Shown here piece by piece: positions 15,611 through 29,820 of a stretch of DNA of 64,000 nucleotides. Position numbers and translations under genes: made by a program. The notes under the pieces are model-generated. The model was not told the origin of the DNA. It did no database searches and worked only from the letters and a program-made list of their open reading frames with translations. Each line of letters opens with the position of its first letter. Position 1 is the first letter of the stretch. The stretch comes from the human T2T-CHM13v2.0 reference genome, Homo sapiens: the NCBI RefSeq assembly GCF_009914755.1, contig NC_060947.1; one strand, written 5' to 3'.

Positions 15611-16065
15611 GAGGTGATGATAGAATCTGATTTATTCATTATAAAAAATTTACTATAAGCACTATTATTAAACATGAGATTAGCCATTTGTTGCCAATTG
15701 ATATATTATTATCAATATGAGAGAGATTCTAGGACATGCATGACCAATGGAAACCACTGAATTTTTTTCTAAAATCTATTGTCTTAATGACTACACAATC
15801 ACAGCCCCCTAAAATTAGCCAACCATAACTACAATGTTGTTACTAATGACAGTAACCTTACAAGGTAAGCAGGGTTTTAAAGGATAAGTAGTAGTTATTC
15901 AGGTGAAGCCTAGGAGGAAAGGAATTTCCAGGGGAGGGAATAGTGTAAATAAATTTGTGTAAGAAACAGAGAATTGGCAAAGTGTGTGGCAAAATTTATA
16001 TCTTTTAGGTTATAGAAATCGATGAGAAATTTTTAGCGGTAGAGTCATCTGATGACGTTTGACTA

Positions 16066-16300
16066 TAACAACAGTCACACTTATGAAGCTCTCACTACGC
16101 CAGGCATAGCTCCAAGGGCTTTATTTCTATATTAACACAGTTAACCCTCACAGCATCCCTATGAATTAGGTACCATTGCTGTCTCCTCTTCATTGGTGGG
16201 AGAAGGTTAAGTAAAGTGTCTCACATCACTAATAAGTGATAGAGTCAGGAATTGAACCATGGCAGTCTGACTAAAGAGTACCTGTATTTAACCACTTCAC
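16066..16300 (-). mobile_element. MIR
   Basis: Near-complete reverse MIR (ccctcacagcatccctatgaattaggtacc...ggttaagtaa...ggcagtctgact). Confidence 0.8.
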
Positions 16301-16319
16301 CGTAAATATTATGGGGCAA

Positions 16320-17310
16320 GTTTGGATTTCAAGAGTCCATACAGGGAGTTCTTGCAAGATCCAGGTATGAGTTGATGAAGTCCTGAACAAAGTCAGTGGA
16401 AGTAAAGATAGACAGAACAGAAGAAGAGATAAGGAGAGAGATTTTAAAAGTCCATATAAAGTAAAATTGTCAGGATTTCTATCAAATATGAACTTGGAGA
16501 GGGTGGTCAAAAGAAGGTAGAGTCAGACGAAACTTTTGTGTTTCTCTGGGTCAAGGTATCTTTAAGACAGATAAGTAGAGAGATCTAGCAGGAAGATAGA
16601 TATTTGATTCTGAAACTGAAAAGGGAGATCTAGGCTGATGATAGAAAGTTTATACAAATATGTAGATAGAAAAGGGAAATGGACTGATGATAGAATGCTA
16701 GGAAATGCCAGTGTTTTTAGGAGTAAGTGAAGATGAGGAGTCAATGCAGGAGGCAGAGAGCAAGAGGTCAGGGAAGCATGAGAATGTGGCATGGTGGAAT
16801 CTAAGGAGATATAATGTATTAACAAGGAAGGCATAATCAAGAGTATCAAACACAGCAATGAAGTCCATTAACTGAAGGATTGAAAAGATACATTGAATTT
16901 GACAGGTGATTGGTAGCCTTAGTGAAAGTAGTGTCTTTGAAATATTGGGAGTGGAAGTCAGACTGCATAAATTAAGAGAATGGAAGATGAAAACGTGGTG
17001 ACAGTGAAGGTAGACAAGTCTTTCAAGAAGTTTGATGGTTTCAAAGAGGAGAGAGTTAGGGAGATAGCAAGTAGGGGCTATGGAAACACTGAAAGTTTAT
17101 TCTTTCAGGTTATAGATTGAAAGAGAGTTGAGCATGCTAACAGGTTGAAGAAATGGATGGGGATGTCTGATGGTAAGGACTTGATGGAGGTTAGAGGGGG
17201 TGGCACTAAGGGTTTAGTCAAGGGAGAATTTCCACATTTGACACAAGGGAAAAAGAGATAAGGATGAGTATGGAGGCAGATAATTTTGTAAATAGAGATG
17301 AATGGGTAAA
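16320..17310 (-). mobile_element. L2 body fragment
   Basis: Purine-rich degenerate sequence typical of reverse L2 (gagatctagcagg, gggagtggaagtcagactgc, gtagacaagtctttcaagaagtttg). Confidence 0.7.
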
Positions 17311-17817
17311 AAATAATTAGGGAGATAAGAGGGGCTTAATTTTTAGATTAATTTTACCACTTTTCCTTAAGCCCACTGTAAACTTTTTGCCTCCTTATTT
17401 GGTAGCTAGCTTTGTTTTCTCTTTCATTGGGAAAATGAGTCTACGGTGGAAGATAGGAGACAGTAAACATAGTTATACAAAGGTAAAGGATATGTAGTTC
17501 CAAGCCTCAAAGGTTTCAAGCAGGGAGAGATCAAAACCAGTGAAGGAAAATACAGGCCCAGGCAAGTGTAGGTATTGAGGTTTTACTCATTTACATGTAA
17601 GTAGCATTTGTAACAGACATTGAAAGATAGGTAGTGTTGCCACATGTGGCAAGTAAGTCAAAGTTAACATTCACTATCTTCTCATCTCCTCATCAATATT
17701 TCTAACTGTTTTAATGAGAGAGAAAATGAGACAGACGGGGAGAGAGAGAGAAAGATAGAATTAATGAATATGTAATAATTGAGTTGTACCATCAATGTTT
17801 TATGATGTTTTGAATAC

Positions 17818-18133
17818 TGTATTCATCCATTCTCGCATTACTATAAAGGACTACTTGAGACTGGGAAAGTTATAAAGAAAAGAGGTTTAATTGACTCAAA
17901 GTTCTGTAGGAGGCTGTACAGGAAGCATGGTCCGGGAGTCCTCAGGAAACTTACAATCGTGTCAGAAGGTGAAGGGCAATCAAGCACTTCTTACGTGGCT
18001 GAAGCAGGAGGAAAAGAGTGATGAGGGAAGTGCTACACACTTTTAAACATGAGAGCTCACTATAATGCGGGCAGCAAGGGGGAAGTTCACCTCCATGATT
18101 TAATCACCTCCCACCAGGCACCTCCTTTAACAT
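17818..18133 (-). mobile_element. MaLR LTR (MSTA-like), truncated
   Basis: tgtattcatccattctcgcattactataaagg...gaggtttaattgactc...cacctcccaccagg. The last ~50 bp are absent. Confidence 0.85.
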
Positions 18134-18204
18134 TAAGCAAAAGCAAATTTCTCAGGAGAAGAAGAAATTCTGCCTCAGGACTGTAACATAGAAATCCTGT
18201 TTGT

Positions 18205-18623
<419 letters not shown>

Positions 18624-18664
18624 TCAAGTCTGCACAATTATATAAGCCAATTACTTAAAATAAA

Positions 18665-20910
18665 AGCTGGAAGCATTCCGTTTGAAAATCAGCGCAAGAC
18701 AAGCATGCCGTCTCTCACCATGCCTATTCAACATAGTACTAGAAGTACTAGCCAGAAAAATCAGGCAAGAGACAGAAGTGAAGCACATCCAAATAGAAAG
18801 AGAGGAAGTCAAATTATCTCTGTTTACAGATAATATGATTCCATACCTAAAAAAACCCATAGCCTCTGACCAAAAGCTCCTTGGCCTGATAAATCACTTT
18901 AGCAAGGTTTCAGGATACCAAGTTAATGTACAAAAATCAGTAGCATTTTTGTACACCAGCAACATCCACACTATGAACCAAATCAGAAATGCAATCCCAT
19001 TCACAATAGCTACAAAAATAATAAAACACCTAGGGATATAACTAGCCAAGGGGATAAATGATTTCTACAATAAAAATTACAAAACACTGTTCAAATAAAT
19101 CAGAGAAAACACAAACAAGTGAAAAAACCTTCCATGCTCATGGATAGGAAACATCAATATCATTAAAATGGTCAAACTGCCTAAAGTGATTTCCAGATTC
19201 AATGCTATTCCTATCAAACTACCAATAACATTCTTCTCAGAACTAGAAAAACTTTTAAAATTCATATGAAACAAAAAAAGAGTCTGAATAGCCAAAGAAA
19301 TCCTAAGCAAAAAGAACAAAGCTGGAAGTATCACGTTACCTGACTTCAAACTATACTAAAGGGCTAGAGTAAACAAAACAGCATGGTACTGGTAGGAAAA
19401 AATCCCAGGAACATAGACCATTGGAACAGAATACAGAGGTCAGAAATAGGGCCTCACACATATGACTACCTGATCTTTGGCAAAGCTGATAAAAACAAGC
19501 AATGGGGAAAAGATTTCCTACTCAATAAATGGTGTTAGGATAACTGGCTAGCCATATGCAGAAGACTAAAGCTGGACCTCTTCCTTATGCCATACACAAA
19601 AATCAATTCAAGATTGATTAAAGACTTAAATGTAAAACTCAAATATATAAAAATCCTGGAAGTCAACCTATGCAATACCATCCTGGATGTGGGAACAGGC
19701 AAAGGTTTCATTATGAAGACACCGAAAGCAATCACAACAAAAGCAAAAATTGACAAGTGGGATCTAACTAAACTTAGTAGCTTCTTGCAAAGCAAAAGAA
19801 ACTATCAATAGAGTAAACAGACAATGTACAGTATGGGAGAAAATATTTGCAAACTATGCATCTGACAAAGGCCTAATATCCAGCATCTATAAAGAACTCA
19901 AACAAATTTACAAGAGAAAACATGTATTTGATCACTTCACGGTAAACATTATGGGGCAAGTTTGGATTTCAAGAGTCCATACAGGGAGTTCTTGCAAGAT
20001 CCATGTATAAGCTGATGAAGTCCTGAACAAAGTCAGCGGAAGTAAAGATAGACAGAACAGAAGAAGAGATAAGGAGAAAGATTTTAAAAGTCCATAGAAG
20101 TCAAAAGTCAAAAGAAGACATACATGTGACCAACAAGCATATGAATAAAAGCTCATTATCACTGATTCTTAGAGAAATGCAAATCAAAACCACAATGAGA
20201 TATGATCTAACACCAGTTAGAATGGTTATTATTAAAAAGTCACAAAATGACATATGCTGGCAAGGTTGTGGAGCAAAGAGAACACTTATACACTATTGGT
20301 GGGAGTATAAATTGGTTCAACCATTGTGGAAAGCAGTGTGGCAATTCCTCAAAGAACTAAAAGCAAAACTGCCATTCAACCCAGCAAACCCATTACTGGG
20401 TATATACTCAGAGGAATATAAATCATTTTACCATAAAGACACATACATGCAAATGTTCACTGCAGCACTATTCACAATAGCAAAGGAATGGAATCAACCT
20501 AAATGCCCATCAATGACAGATTGGGTAAAGAAAATGTGCTACATATACACCATGAAATACTATGCAGCCATAAAAATACAAGATCATGCCTTTCCTGGGA
20601 ACATGGATGCAGCTGGAGGCTATCATCCTCAGCAAACTAAAGTAGGAACAGAAAACCAAATACCACATGTTCTCACTTATAAGTGGGAGCTAAATGATGA
20701 GAACTTATGAAGACAAAGCAGAAAACAACAGACACTGGAGTCTACTTGAGGGTGGAGGGTGGAAGGAGGGAGAATAGCAGAATAGATAACTATTGGGTAC
20801 TGCGCTTAATTCCTGGTGATGAAATAATCTGTACAACACGCCCCTATGACATGAGTTTACCTATGTAACAAACCTTCACATGTACCTCGGAACCTAAAAT
20901 AAAAGTTAAA
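18665..20910 (+). mobile_element. 5'-truncated L1PA (L1PA12-14-like)
   Basis: ORF2 RT and C-terminal remnants ([19 protein letters not shown]; 194-aa ORF 20126-20710). 3'UTR ends aacctaaaataaaagtt. Confidence 0.9.
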
Positions 20911-20974
20911 GAGAGAGAAATATTAAAAAGTATATTCTCTTGGTTCTATTTGTTTGAAGAACCCTGACTGATAT

Positions 20975-23900
20975 TGATTTTGTAATTGGGGATTATTATA
21001 GAGAAATAGAATGAATCTTCAGGATAAGTTTTTTGAATTGACTATGGGATTTCTGTAATTGGTTCTCTATTCTGATTTGATTTAAGGGCATAATGACTTT
21101 ATTTCCAATAGAAAGAGGGCACAGATAGTCCATGGTATGATGTGACAAAAGAGATAAGCAAAAAATCACTATTGGATATTCCCAATGAAATATTTAAAAG
21201 AGGCAAGATTTAGTATGAACACACATTTTGACACCTTAGAACATACTTGTAAAACTAATGAGTATAATGAAAGTGGCCAGTTCTTAATTGCGTTGGACAT
21301 TGTGGAGAAAGAAAAGGATTAGCTAGCTTAGGGATTTAAATTCCCAGCCCAAGCACTGCAGAAATAACCTGAAAAATTCTATGCCTGCTCTGAAAGAAAT
21401 GCTTATCTGCAGCTGCAGGGCTGAGATAGCAGAAAACCAAACCCTGAGTCTCATTCTGTGAGTGATTACATTACAACACAAATAGAATTCCTAACCTCGC
21501 AGGATGTCTGCTGTTAAAATAAGGACATTGGGAAGAAATGGGATCCTCAAAATTGACATGGGGACATATGCGCAGATCCTGATGAAGCTGATAACATTGA
21601 GCCTCTAAATTCAGTCAAGTCTTCTTTGCCAGTAGAAGCAACTTTCCATGCTCACCTGAGGAGGTTAAATCTACTATTTCTGAGGAAACTGCAATAGCTT
21701 CCCCTATAGTAGCTGCCTTGCAACACTGCTATTTATCCTCTGGATCTATCCCCATTACCCCTTTTTGCTTCTAGGTCTACAACTAGACTCAAGTCCCAGC
21801 AGGTCCCAAAGGATGAGGTAAAAAGTGTGACACATAAAGAGTTGTGCTATGCTCAGAAAGAACTGCATTATTTTCCAAATGATAGAGACAGAAATCTGAG
21901 AAAATATGTAGTAATTGATATTAAGAGTGTCAGATAAACATGAAAAGAACACAAGTTGTATCAGGGCTGAATCAGGCTTAGAGAGGTTGGAATATTAGAG
22001 TGGATTTTTTTAGGTAAGTACTGCTCAGCCACATAGGAAGGGTCAGAAGACACCTCTGTCACCATGACTGTGAGAAATAAATTCATGAGAGAAGCCACAG
22101 AATCCTTGAAGGGCTCTGTGGTCACTCTTTGTAGGTCAGGAATTACAGTGGGAACTGCTGCCACTGAACTGAGATCCTTAGATACAATCAGGTACTGGAG
22201 CCTGAGGTGGCAAGGGCCAAATGGTGGCACTTCATTATCAAAGACAAGGTGGCCATGGTTACCATAATGTACAGCTGAGTCAAAGAAGTACTCAGAATAG
22301 TCTGACTCACAGTCAGTCATTGGCTAGTTGATCATGAAATACCCCGATGAGCAACAGATGGGAGGTCTGATAAATTCTTACTTGATGTGTATAAGCAGAA
22401 GAATTCTAAGTCAAGTACACAGAAGTCTAATAAAAATTATCAAAAGATAGAATTGTGGCCCTTTGATCAAAACTGGATGTATCCAGTTTTCAGACCCAGA
22501 ATCACTTACATAAAGGGGAGAACATGTGCCCTTAAAGAAGTGGAAACTCCCAGAATATTATTCTATTTATCTTCCTCCCAGCCTTCCCCAAAGGGACTTA
22601 TGGCCTTTTATTAAGGTGATTGTGCATGGAGGAAAAGGAAATAACCAGACTTTTTGGGGATTATGAGACACTGGGTCTGAACTGACACTAATTTGAGGAG
22701 ATCCAAAATGCCACTGTGATCCACTAGTCACAGTAGGGGCTTATGGAGGTCAGGTGATGAACGGAGTTTTAGCTCATGTATATCTTAGTGGGTCCAGTGT
22801 GTCACCAAACCCATCCTGTCATTATTTTTCAGTACCAGAATGCATAATTGTAAAAGACATACTCAGTGACTGGCACAATTTCCACACTGGTTTCATAACT
22901 TGCAGAGTAAGGGCTGCTATGATAGGAAAGGTTAAGTGGAAGCCACAAGATCTGCTTCTACTTAGGAAGATAGTAAATAAAAAGTAGTATTGCATTCCTG
23001 GAGGGATTGCAGAGATTATTGCTACCATTAAGGACTGAAGGATGCAAGGGTGGTGATTCCTAACATAGTCCAATTCAATTCACCTATTTGGCTATTTCAG
23101 AAAACAGATCTTTGAAGATAGCAGTGAATTATTGTAAACTGAACCAGGTGATGACTCTAATTGCAGCTGCAATTCCAGATGTGGTTTCATTCTGTGAGCA
23201 AATTAAGTCGTCCCTTGGTACTGATACGCAGCTACTCATCTGCAATTTTTTCTCCATATCTGTCAGTAAAAAACACCAGAAGTATTTTGTTTTCAGCTGG
23301 TGAGGCTGGAAATACACCTTCCTTGTCTTACCTTTGGGGTATATTGACTCTCCAGCTCTATGCCATAATTTAGTCAACAGGATGTTGATTGCCTTTCCCT
23401 TCCATGAGACATCACACTGGTCCATCACATAGAAGACATTGTGCTCCTTGGATCCAGAGAGCCAGAAGTGCAGCTACTGTAGACTAATTGTTAAGACATT
23501 TGCATGTTCAGAGGTTGGGAAATAAATCCAGTTAAAATTCAGGGATCTTTCACCTCAGTGAAATTTCCAGGGGTCTCGTGATGTGGTACATGTCAAGATA
23601 TCCTTTCTAGAGTGAAGAAAATATTGCACCTGGCCCCTCCTACAAACAAAAATAGGTACAATGCCTACTGGGCCTCTTTGGATTTTAGAGACAATATATT
23701 CATCATTCAGGTGTGATACTTGAAATATTTATTGAGGGACCTGAAAACCTAGTTATGAGTGAGACCCAGAGCAAGAGAAAGCTCTGCAACCGGTCCGAGC
23801 TGTTCTGCCTTTTGGGTCATATGGTTCAGCAGATCCAATGATGCTATCCAGTGGCAGATAGCCATGCTGTTTGGAGCCTTGGGCAGGCCTGTAGAGGTGA

Positions 23901-25985
23901 ATTGCAGCACAGACCCTTCAGATTTTGAAACAAAATTCGGCCATCTTTGTCAGATAACTGTTCTTTTCTGAGAAACAACTTTTGGTTTATTATTGGACCT
24001 CAGAAGAAATTGAATGCTTAACTGTCAGCTACCAAGTTACATGAAACTTTAGCTGCCCACCATAAACTGAGTATTGCCTGACCCATCAAGCCAGAAAATT
24101 GGGCATTCATAGTCACACTCCATTATCAAATGTATGTGATATGTATGATATTAGGTTTCAGCAAGACCTTAAGGCATAGATAAGTTACATGAAAAAGTGG
24201 CCTAAATGCCCATGGTCCCTACTCCTGCTACACTGCCTTTTCTTCTACACAGCCTGCACCTATGGCCACATGGAAAGTTCTACATGATCACTTGCCATAA
24301 AAGTAGAAGACTTGGTCCTGGTTTACAAATGTTTCTGCACAATATGAGGACACCATCTGAAAGTGGACAGCTACAGCACTACAGCCCTTTTCTGGGATAT
24401 CCCTGAAGGACACTGGTGAAGGGAAAATCCTCCCAGTGGGCAAAACTTTGAGCAGTGCATTTTGTTGTTCACTTTTTTTGGAAGGAGATATCACCAGATA
24501 TGTGATTATATACCAATTCATGGTATGTGACCAAAGGTTTGGCTGGATGGTCAGGGATTTGGAAAGGGCATAATTAGAAAATCAGTGACAAGGGGATCTG
24601 GGGAAAAGGCCCTTGGATAGACAATTTTTTTTAATAATTGGAAAACATGAAATTATTGTTATCCCATGTGAGTGCTCACCAAAGGGTGACCTGAGCAGAC
24701 GTGGATTTTAATAAGGTGGATAGGATGACCCAATCTGTGGCTAACAGTCAACTTCTTTCCCCAGGCACTGCTCTCATTTTCCAATGGATTTAGGAAGAAA
24801 ATGGCTAAAGTGGAAGGGATGGAGGTTATACCTGGGGTCAGCAACATGAACTTTCACTCACCAAGGCTGACATGGCTACAGTCACTGCAGAGTGTCCCAT
24901 CTGTCAGCAGCACAGAACAACACTGAGCTCCCAATATGGCACCATTTACTGAAGTGATTAGCCAAGTACCCACTGGTAGGTTGGTTACAGCAGACCACTT
25001 TCCTTGTGGAAAGGGCAGTGTTTTGTTCTTACTGGAATAAATACATTGTTTTTGTTTTTATTTTTTTTTTGTTTCAATAGCTTTTGTGGTACAAGGGGGT
25101 TTCTGTTACATGGATGAATTATATAGTGGTAAATTCTGAGTGTACCTGTCACCTGAGTAGTGTTCATTGTACCTAATGTGTACTTTCTTTTTTAATCCCT
25201 AACTGCCTTCCAACCCTCCCCCTTCTGAGTCTCTAAAGTCCATTATATCACTTTGTATGCCTTTGTGTACTCATAGCTTAGCTCCCTCTTATAAGTGAGA
25301 ACATACGGTTTTTGGTTTTTCATTCCTGTGTTACTTCACTTAGAATAATGGCCTCCAGCTCCATCCAACTTGCAGCAAAAGACATTATTTCATTCCTTTT
25401 TAATGGATGAATTGTATTCCATGCTGTATATATTACCACATTAGAATAAACAATTTGGATATGGATGCATGCACTGCTTCTACCAAAACTACCATTCATG
25501 ACTTACAGAATGCCTTTCTACTATCATGCAATTCCACACAGCATTGCTTCTGATGAAGAAATCACTTAACAACAAATGAAGGGTAGCAACGAGCCCGTGC
25601 CTACAGAATTCACTGGTGTTATTATTTCCCCAACCTCCTAAAGTTGATGACTTGATAGAATAGTGGAACAGCCTTTTGAAGACTCAGTTATTGTGCCACC
25701 CAAATCACAATACCATGCAGGGCTGGGGGCAGTGTTCTCCAGAAGGCTGGTTATGCTGTAAATCAACATTCAATTTATGGTGCTGCTTCTTCCATAGCCA
25801 AGATGTGTAGGTTCAGGAATCAAGGAGTGAAAATGAGAGTGGCAAAACTCACTGTTACTTTTAGTGATTCATTAGAAAAATTTGTACATTCTGTGCCTGC
25901 GACCTTATGCTCTGCTGAAAGTTAAAATGGCTACCTGGCCACTTTGGATTCTGTACACCTGTGAGTCAATAGGCAAAGCAGTATT
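20975..25985 (+). mobile_element. ERV-L internal region relic (gag-pro-pol, probable dUTPase start), no 3' LTR
   Basis: Protease motif DTGSELTLI (~22668); RT remnants FNSPIW...VNYCKLNQV...AAIPDVVS (~23080-23200); HVSAHQ (~24665) and integrase Zn motif CPICQ (~24893). All frames broken. Confidence 0.85.
25047..25443 (-). mobile_element. L1PB 3' end fragment inserted in ERV-L integrase
   Basis: Poly(T) then L1PB 3'UTR in reverse (tatgcctttgtgtactcatagcttagctccc). Flanked by gaataaa-containing imperfect repeats; ERV-L resumes afterwards. Confidence 0.85.
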
Positions 25986-28682
25986 TATGGTTTGAGAAGA
26001 ACTTTCCAGGCATTATGGTGGCAGAGATCAAGATGAACTGTGCCCAGGGCATCTCTTAAATATGTATGAGTAGATAAGACATGTAAAAAAAATGAGCATT
26101 GTATAAAAAGTGACCCATAATCAAGTAAATGTTTACAAGAGGAAAAGTACATTTTGTGCTGGGTTAGTTAGCAAAAGTCTTGCTAATTGTGTGATACTTT
26201 AGCTATGTCACAAATATTGAGTTTATTACCACATCCCCAAACTCTGAATTCCAAACTAATGGACACTTGCAATTTGGCCTAGATATGAGTGTATGGACAC
26301 TTATTGTTTTTTCATATATCTCTTTCATGGTTCAAGGGAGTCTGGTTTTCCCAAATACCAACTCTAATTACTTTGGTGACTAAAGCTTGAGGTGCCTTAA
26401 GCAGATACACTAAGTAGGATCTATATGCAGGCATATTTTTTTGTCTGGATGTACTTTTTTAAAACCAATTATTTATATATCACATAGTGAATCAGAGTAG
26501 GAGAATTAGTCCATGTTTTGTGTCAAATGACCTATCTTAATAAGTAAAGAACTGGGACCAAGTTCTTGAACAGGAACCTCTTTTTAATTGTCACATTTGT
26601 CTCACTAGCATTGAAATGGAGCACAAGAACTTTTGGGGATTGAAAAGGAGGAAAAATGATATAAGGGGGTATAGATATTTGTAGGCAGAGTGTGTACTGT
26701 AGGATTTGGTTTTGAAAAGTTCTAGTGGAGGAATAAGACAGGACTTGAGCTGGAAATGGAGGGGGGCATAAAACAAGTATCTTGGAAACTCACTCATTTT
26801 TAGTGGAATTTTCCCAATACTTTATTTCCTTCCTTATTTCTCTTTCTTGTATGACTTTGTTGATTGCAAAATCCAAAATATACCTTTCCTTGCTCCTCCT
26901 TTCCTTCCTTTCTAGGTACTGTGGAGGACGAGAATGAAGTAACAAAAATGGTCTCAGCCCACAGACTCCGGAAGTTTCTTCCTAAATGCTGTTTTCATTC
27001 TTTGAAGATCAAAGAAAGGACCTGGAAACATCCTTTCAGCACCTCTAAAGGAGCTCTGCTCAATTCAGGCAAGTGCTTTCTTAAAATGGCTTAATGGCAA
27101 AAGCAGTCTCTAATTTTATCTATTACTTCCTAAAATGGGGATGTAAATTTAAAAGTCTTACTCTCTGAATATGGGGAAGTAAAATTAGGGGTTAGTGGTG
27201 ATACTTTCCATCATTTTGGGCACCAGAAAAATCTACTTTGACAGGAATACTGTCCCAGTGCTTGCCAATACCACAGCTACTGCCAGAAGGGCAGAAAGAT
27301 CTTAAACAGAGAGTTTGACTAAGAGATTAAACAGAACCAGGAGGAGAGCCAGGAAATAAACAGTGCTAAGTGGTTCTTTTTTTTTTTTTAATGTAAAGGA
27401 AGATTGCCAGGAAGAATGATTTATGAGATGGAGATGGAGAAAAGAAAAATGAAATACAAAAGGTATATGATTTTCAGTACTTAACACTAAATATTTGGCT
27501 AATCCTGGGAAAGATAAACTTATGTTGTGATTGTTTGAGACAGACTGAAGGCACAGTTGCACTGGTCTCTATAGAAAACCAACTCCACATAAACTCATTT
27601 TCCAGGAATTGGTAAAAAGAAACAGTTTAACATGGGTTTAGCTTTATTATAACTACTCAATTATAGAAAGTAAACATTATATATGTTCAGTATGCTTTTT
27701 AAAAGAAGGGGCAAACTGAGCAAGATATTTAAAAATGTCCTATAAAATATTTTTATGGGCAAATTTTGATTCTTAAGGAGCTGAACTTTCTAGACAATTA
27801 CATATTCGGAATACCCTTTTTCTGAAGACATTGGATATCTGAGCTGTTACATAATTTGTCCATAAACTTTCCAATCACCATTGGTAAGACTATCTCTTAT
27901 TCTTATTTGTATTCTTAAGGAAATATGCCCTTACTGCATATTCCCCTTGAGCTGTGTATTTATTACTCCTTTCTCCTTCAATAGCTCCCCTTGTTAACTT
28001 GGGTATAGATTTACTACTAAGACTTTGTATTTTCATTCCCATTATTTTACTTTTCTACTACCTGGTTCTTAAAACTTGACATTACAGTTACTGTTGGAAA
28101 ATGTTTTCTTAAATGTGTGAAATAGAGGCATGAAGCATCACTTTTCTGAACTCTGTTTCAAGGAGTTTATTTAAAAATAGATGCATATATAGTGGGATAC
28201 TGTAATTAAACTTGAATAAATAGAAATTTGATTATATGCTGAATTCTGGCCAGAAACTTATATAGTTAAAAAAAGTTTAATTCTGAAGAATGTCAAATTG
28301 GTAGGTTTCTGTAGGCAAAAACAGGCAGTCTTTACTTTCTGCCAGCATCTGTCCCTGGATACTAAATATAAAGCAGAATGTGGTAAAAATTTTCTCATTG
28401 ACATTATATTACACTTGAGGATTGAATTTATGACCAAAACATTGACACTGAATAGAGCTTATACTTGACAATCAGTATGTTAGGAAAAAAAGATACTAGA
28501 AACCTTTCTGGTTTTCAAAATAGAAATAGTATAAATGAGTATATAGTGTGCACATTTGACTATAAAATGTCAAAGTGTGTGAAGACATATATACTTAGTA
28601 CTAAAATTTGTATTCAATATCAGAAATGTGACCTACAAGAAGCTTTCACAATTTCAGATATTCAATTATGCTTAAAATAGAA

Positions 28683-29020
28683 CCATTCATTCTTTCACTC
28701 AACAAATATGTATTACTTACTATATGAAAGAGAGCATCCTAGGCTCATGTCATGGAACAAAACAAAAATCTCTGCTGTTGTGAAGCTCATATCCCAGTGA
28801 ATGGAATGGAAAATAATTACACAAGTGAAATATGTAGTATGTAAGGTGGTGATAAGTTCTACAAAGAAACAAATAAAGCATGAAAAAAGAGTATGTAATA
28901 GTGAGAGGAGGCGTACATTTAAATTTTATATAAAGTGGATTAATTGAGAAGGAGAATTTTGATTTGAGTGAATTTCTGAAGAAGGTAAGAAAACAAGACA
29001 TGAAGAAAAAAGAATATTTC
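28683..29020 (-). mobile_element. L2 3' end
   Basis: cattcattctttcactcaacaaatatgtatt...gaacaaaacaaaaatctctgc...gaagctcata. Confidence 0.75.
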
Positions 29021-29734
29021 AGATTAGAAGAGCATTAGTTATTATTTAGGCCTTATTTTACAGATTAAAAATCTGAGGCCCAAATTACTCACTCAGGCTG
29101 GATTCCTAATTCTGTCTTCTGGATGAGGATTTGTTTCTTGTGAAAAGCGTAATTTGAGCAGAAGCCAGAAATAACAGAAGTTAGTTTTAAATAGCAATAT
29201 TTTCCTAGTCTGAAGCAATACTGAACAGGAGGTTTTAGCCTGGAAATTTGGGTCTGCTTTTTGTAGTTGAGTTAAATACGATGCTTCTGTAACTCCAAAA
29301 TGAAGTCTGAGTTGCTGCAGAGAAGTATCATGGTTCTGCACTTATTTATGACAGGTCAAAATGACTTACAAACAATTTGGAGTGTGATCTCTAGTGCTAA
29401 GAAAAACAGCAAGAAAAGGCAACAATATCCTATGTCAAAAAATATTTCTGCAATATAGGATCAGGCTCTTAGATGGAAATTCTGGTTGACCAAATTGCCT
29501 GTCATGGTTTTTCAAGATTCAGATCTGAGACCAAGACTCTCCAGTGATGTCTGAATGTTTAAGATGTTTTCTAATTTAGAGAAAAACCTAGATTATTAAG
29601 CATAGTTTTTGCTTTTGGTGCCCTACAATATGTTTGGCATCTTGTAAACCTGGGGATAGCCACAAAGAGTTCATTCTTGGGTTATCTTTGTGATGATCAC
29701 CTGTAGGCAGTTACTTTACCTTTGATTTTTCAAA

Positions 29735-29820
29735 AGCCACTAACAAGCCATGTGACCCTGAGACGAGTCCCTTCTACTGTTTGGATCTCAGATTCATCAT
29801 CTGTACCATCAATAGGGTTG
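29735..29820 (+). mobile_element. MIR fragment
   Basis: gccactaacaagccatgtgaccctgag...ctcagattcatcatctgta. Confidence 0.55.

Noticed and set aside
29200-29710. Possible decayed coding segment in unique DNA
   Set aside because: Stop density looks random in all frames and there are no convincing splice boundaries.
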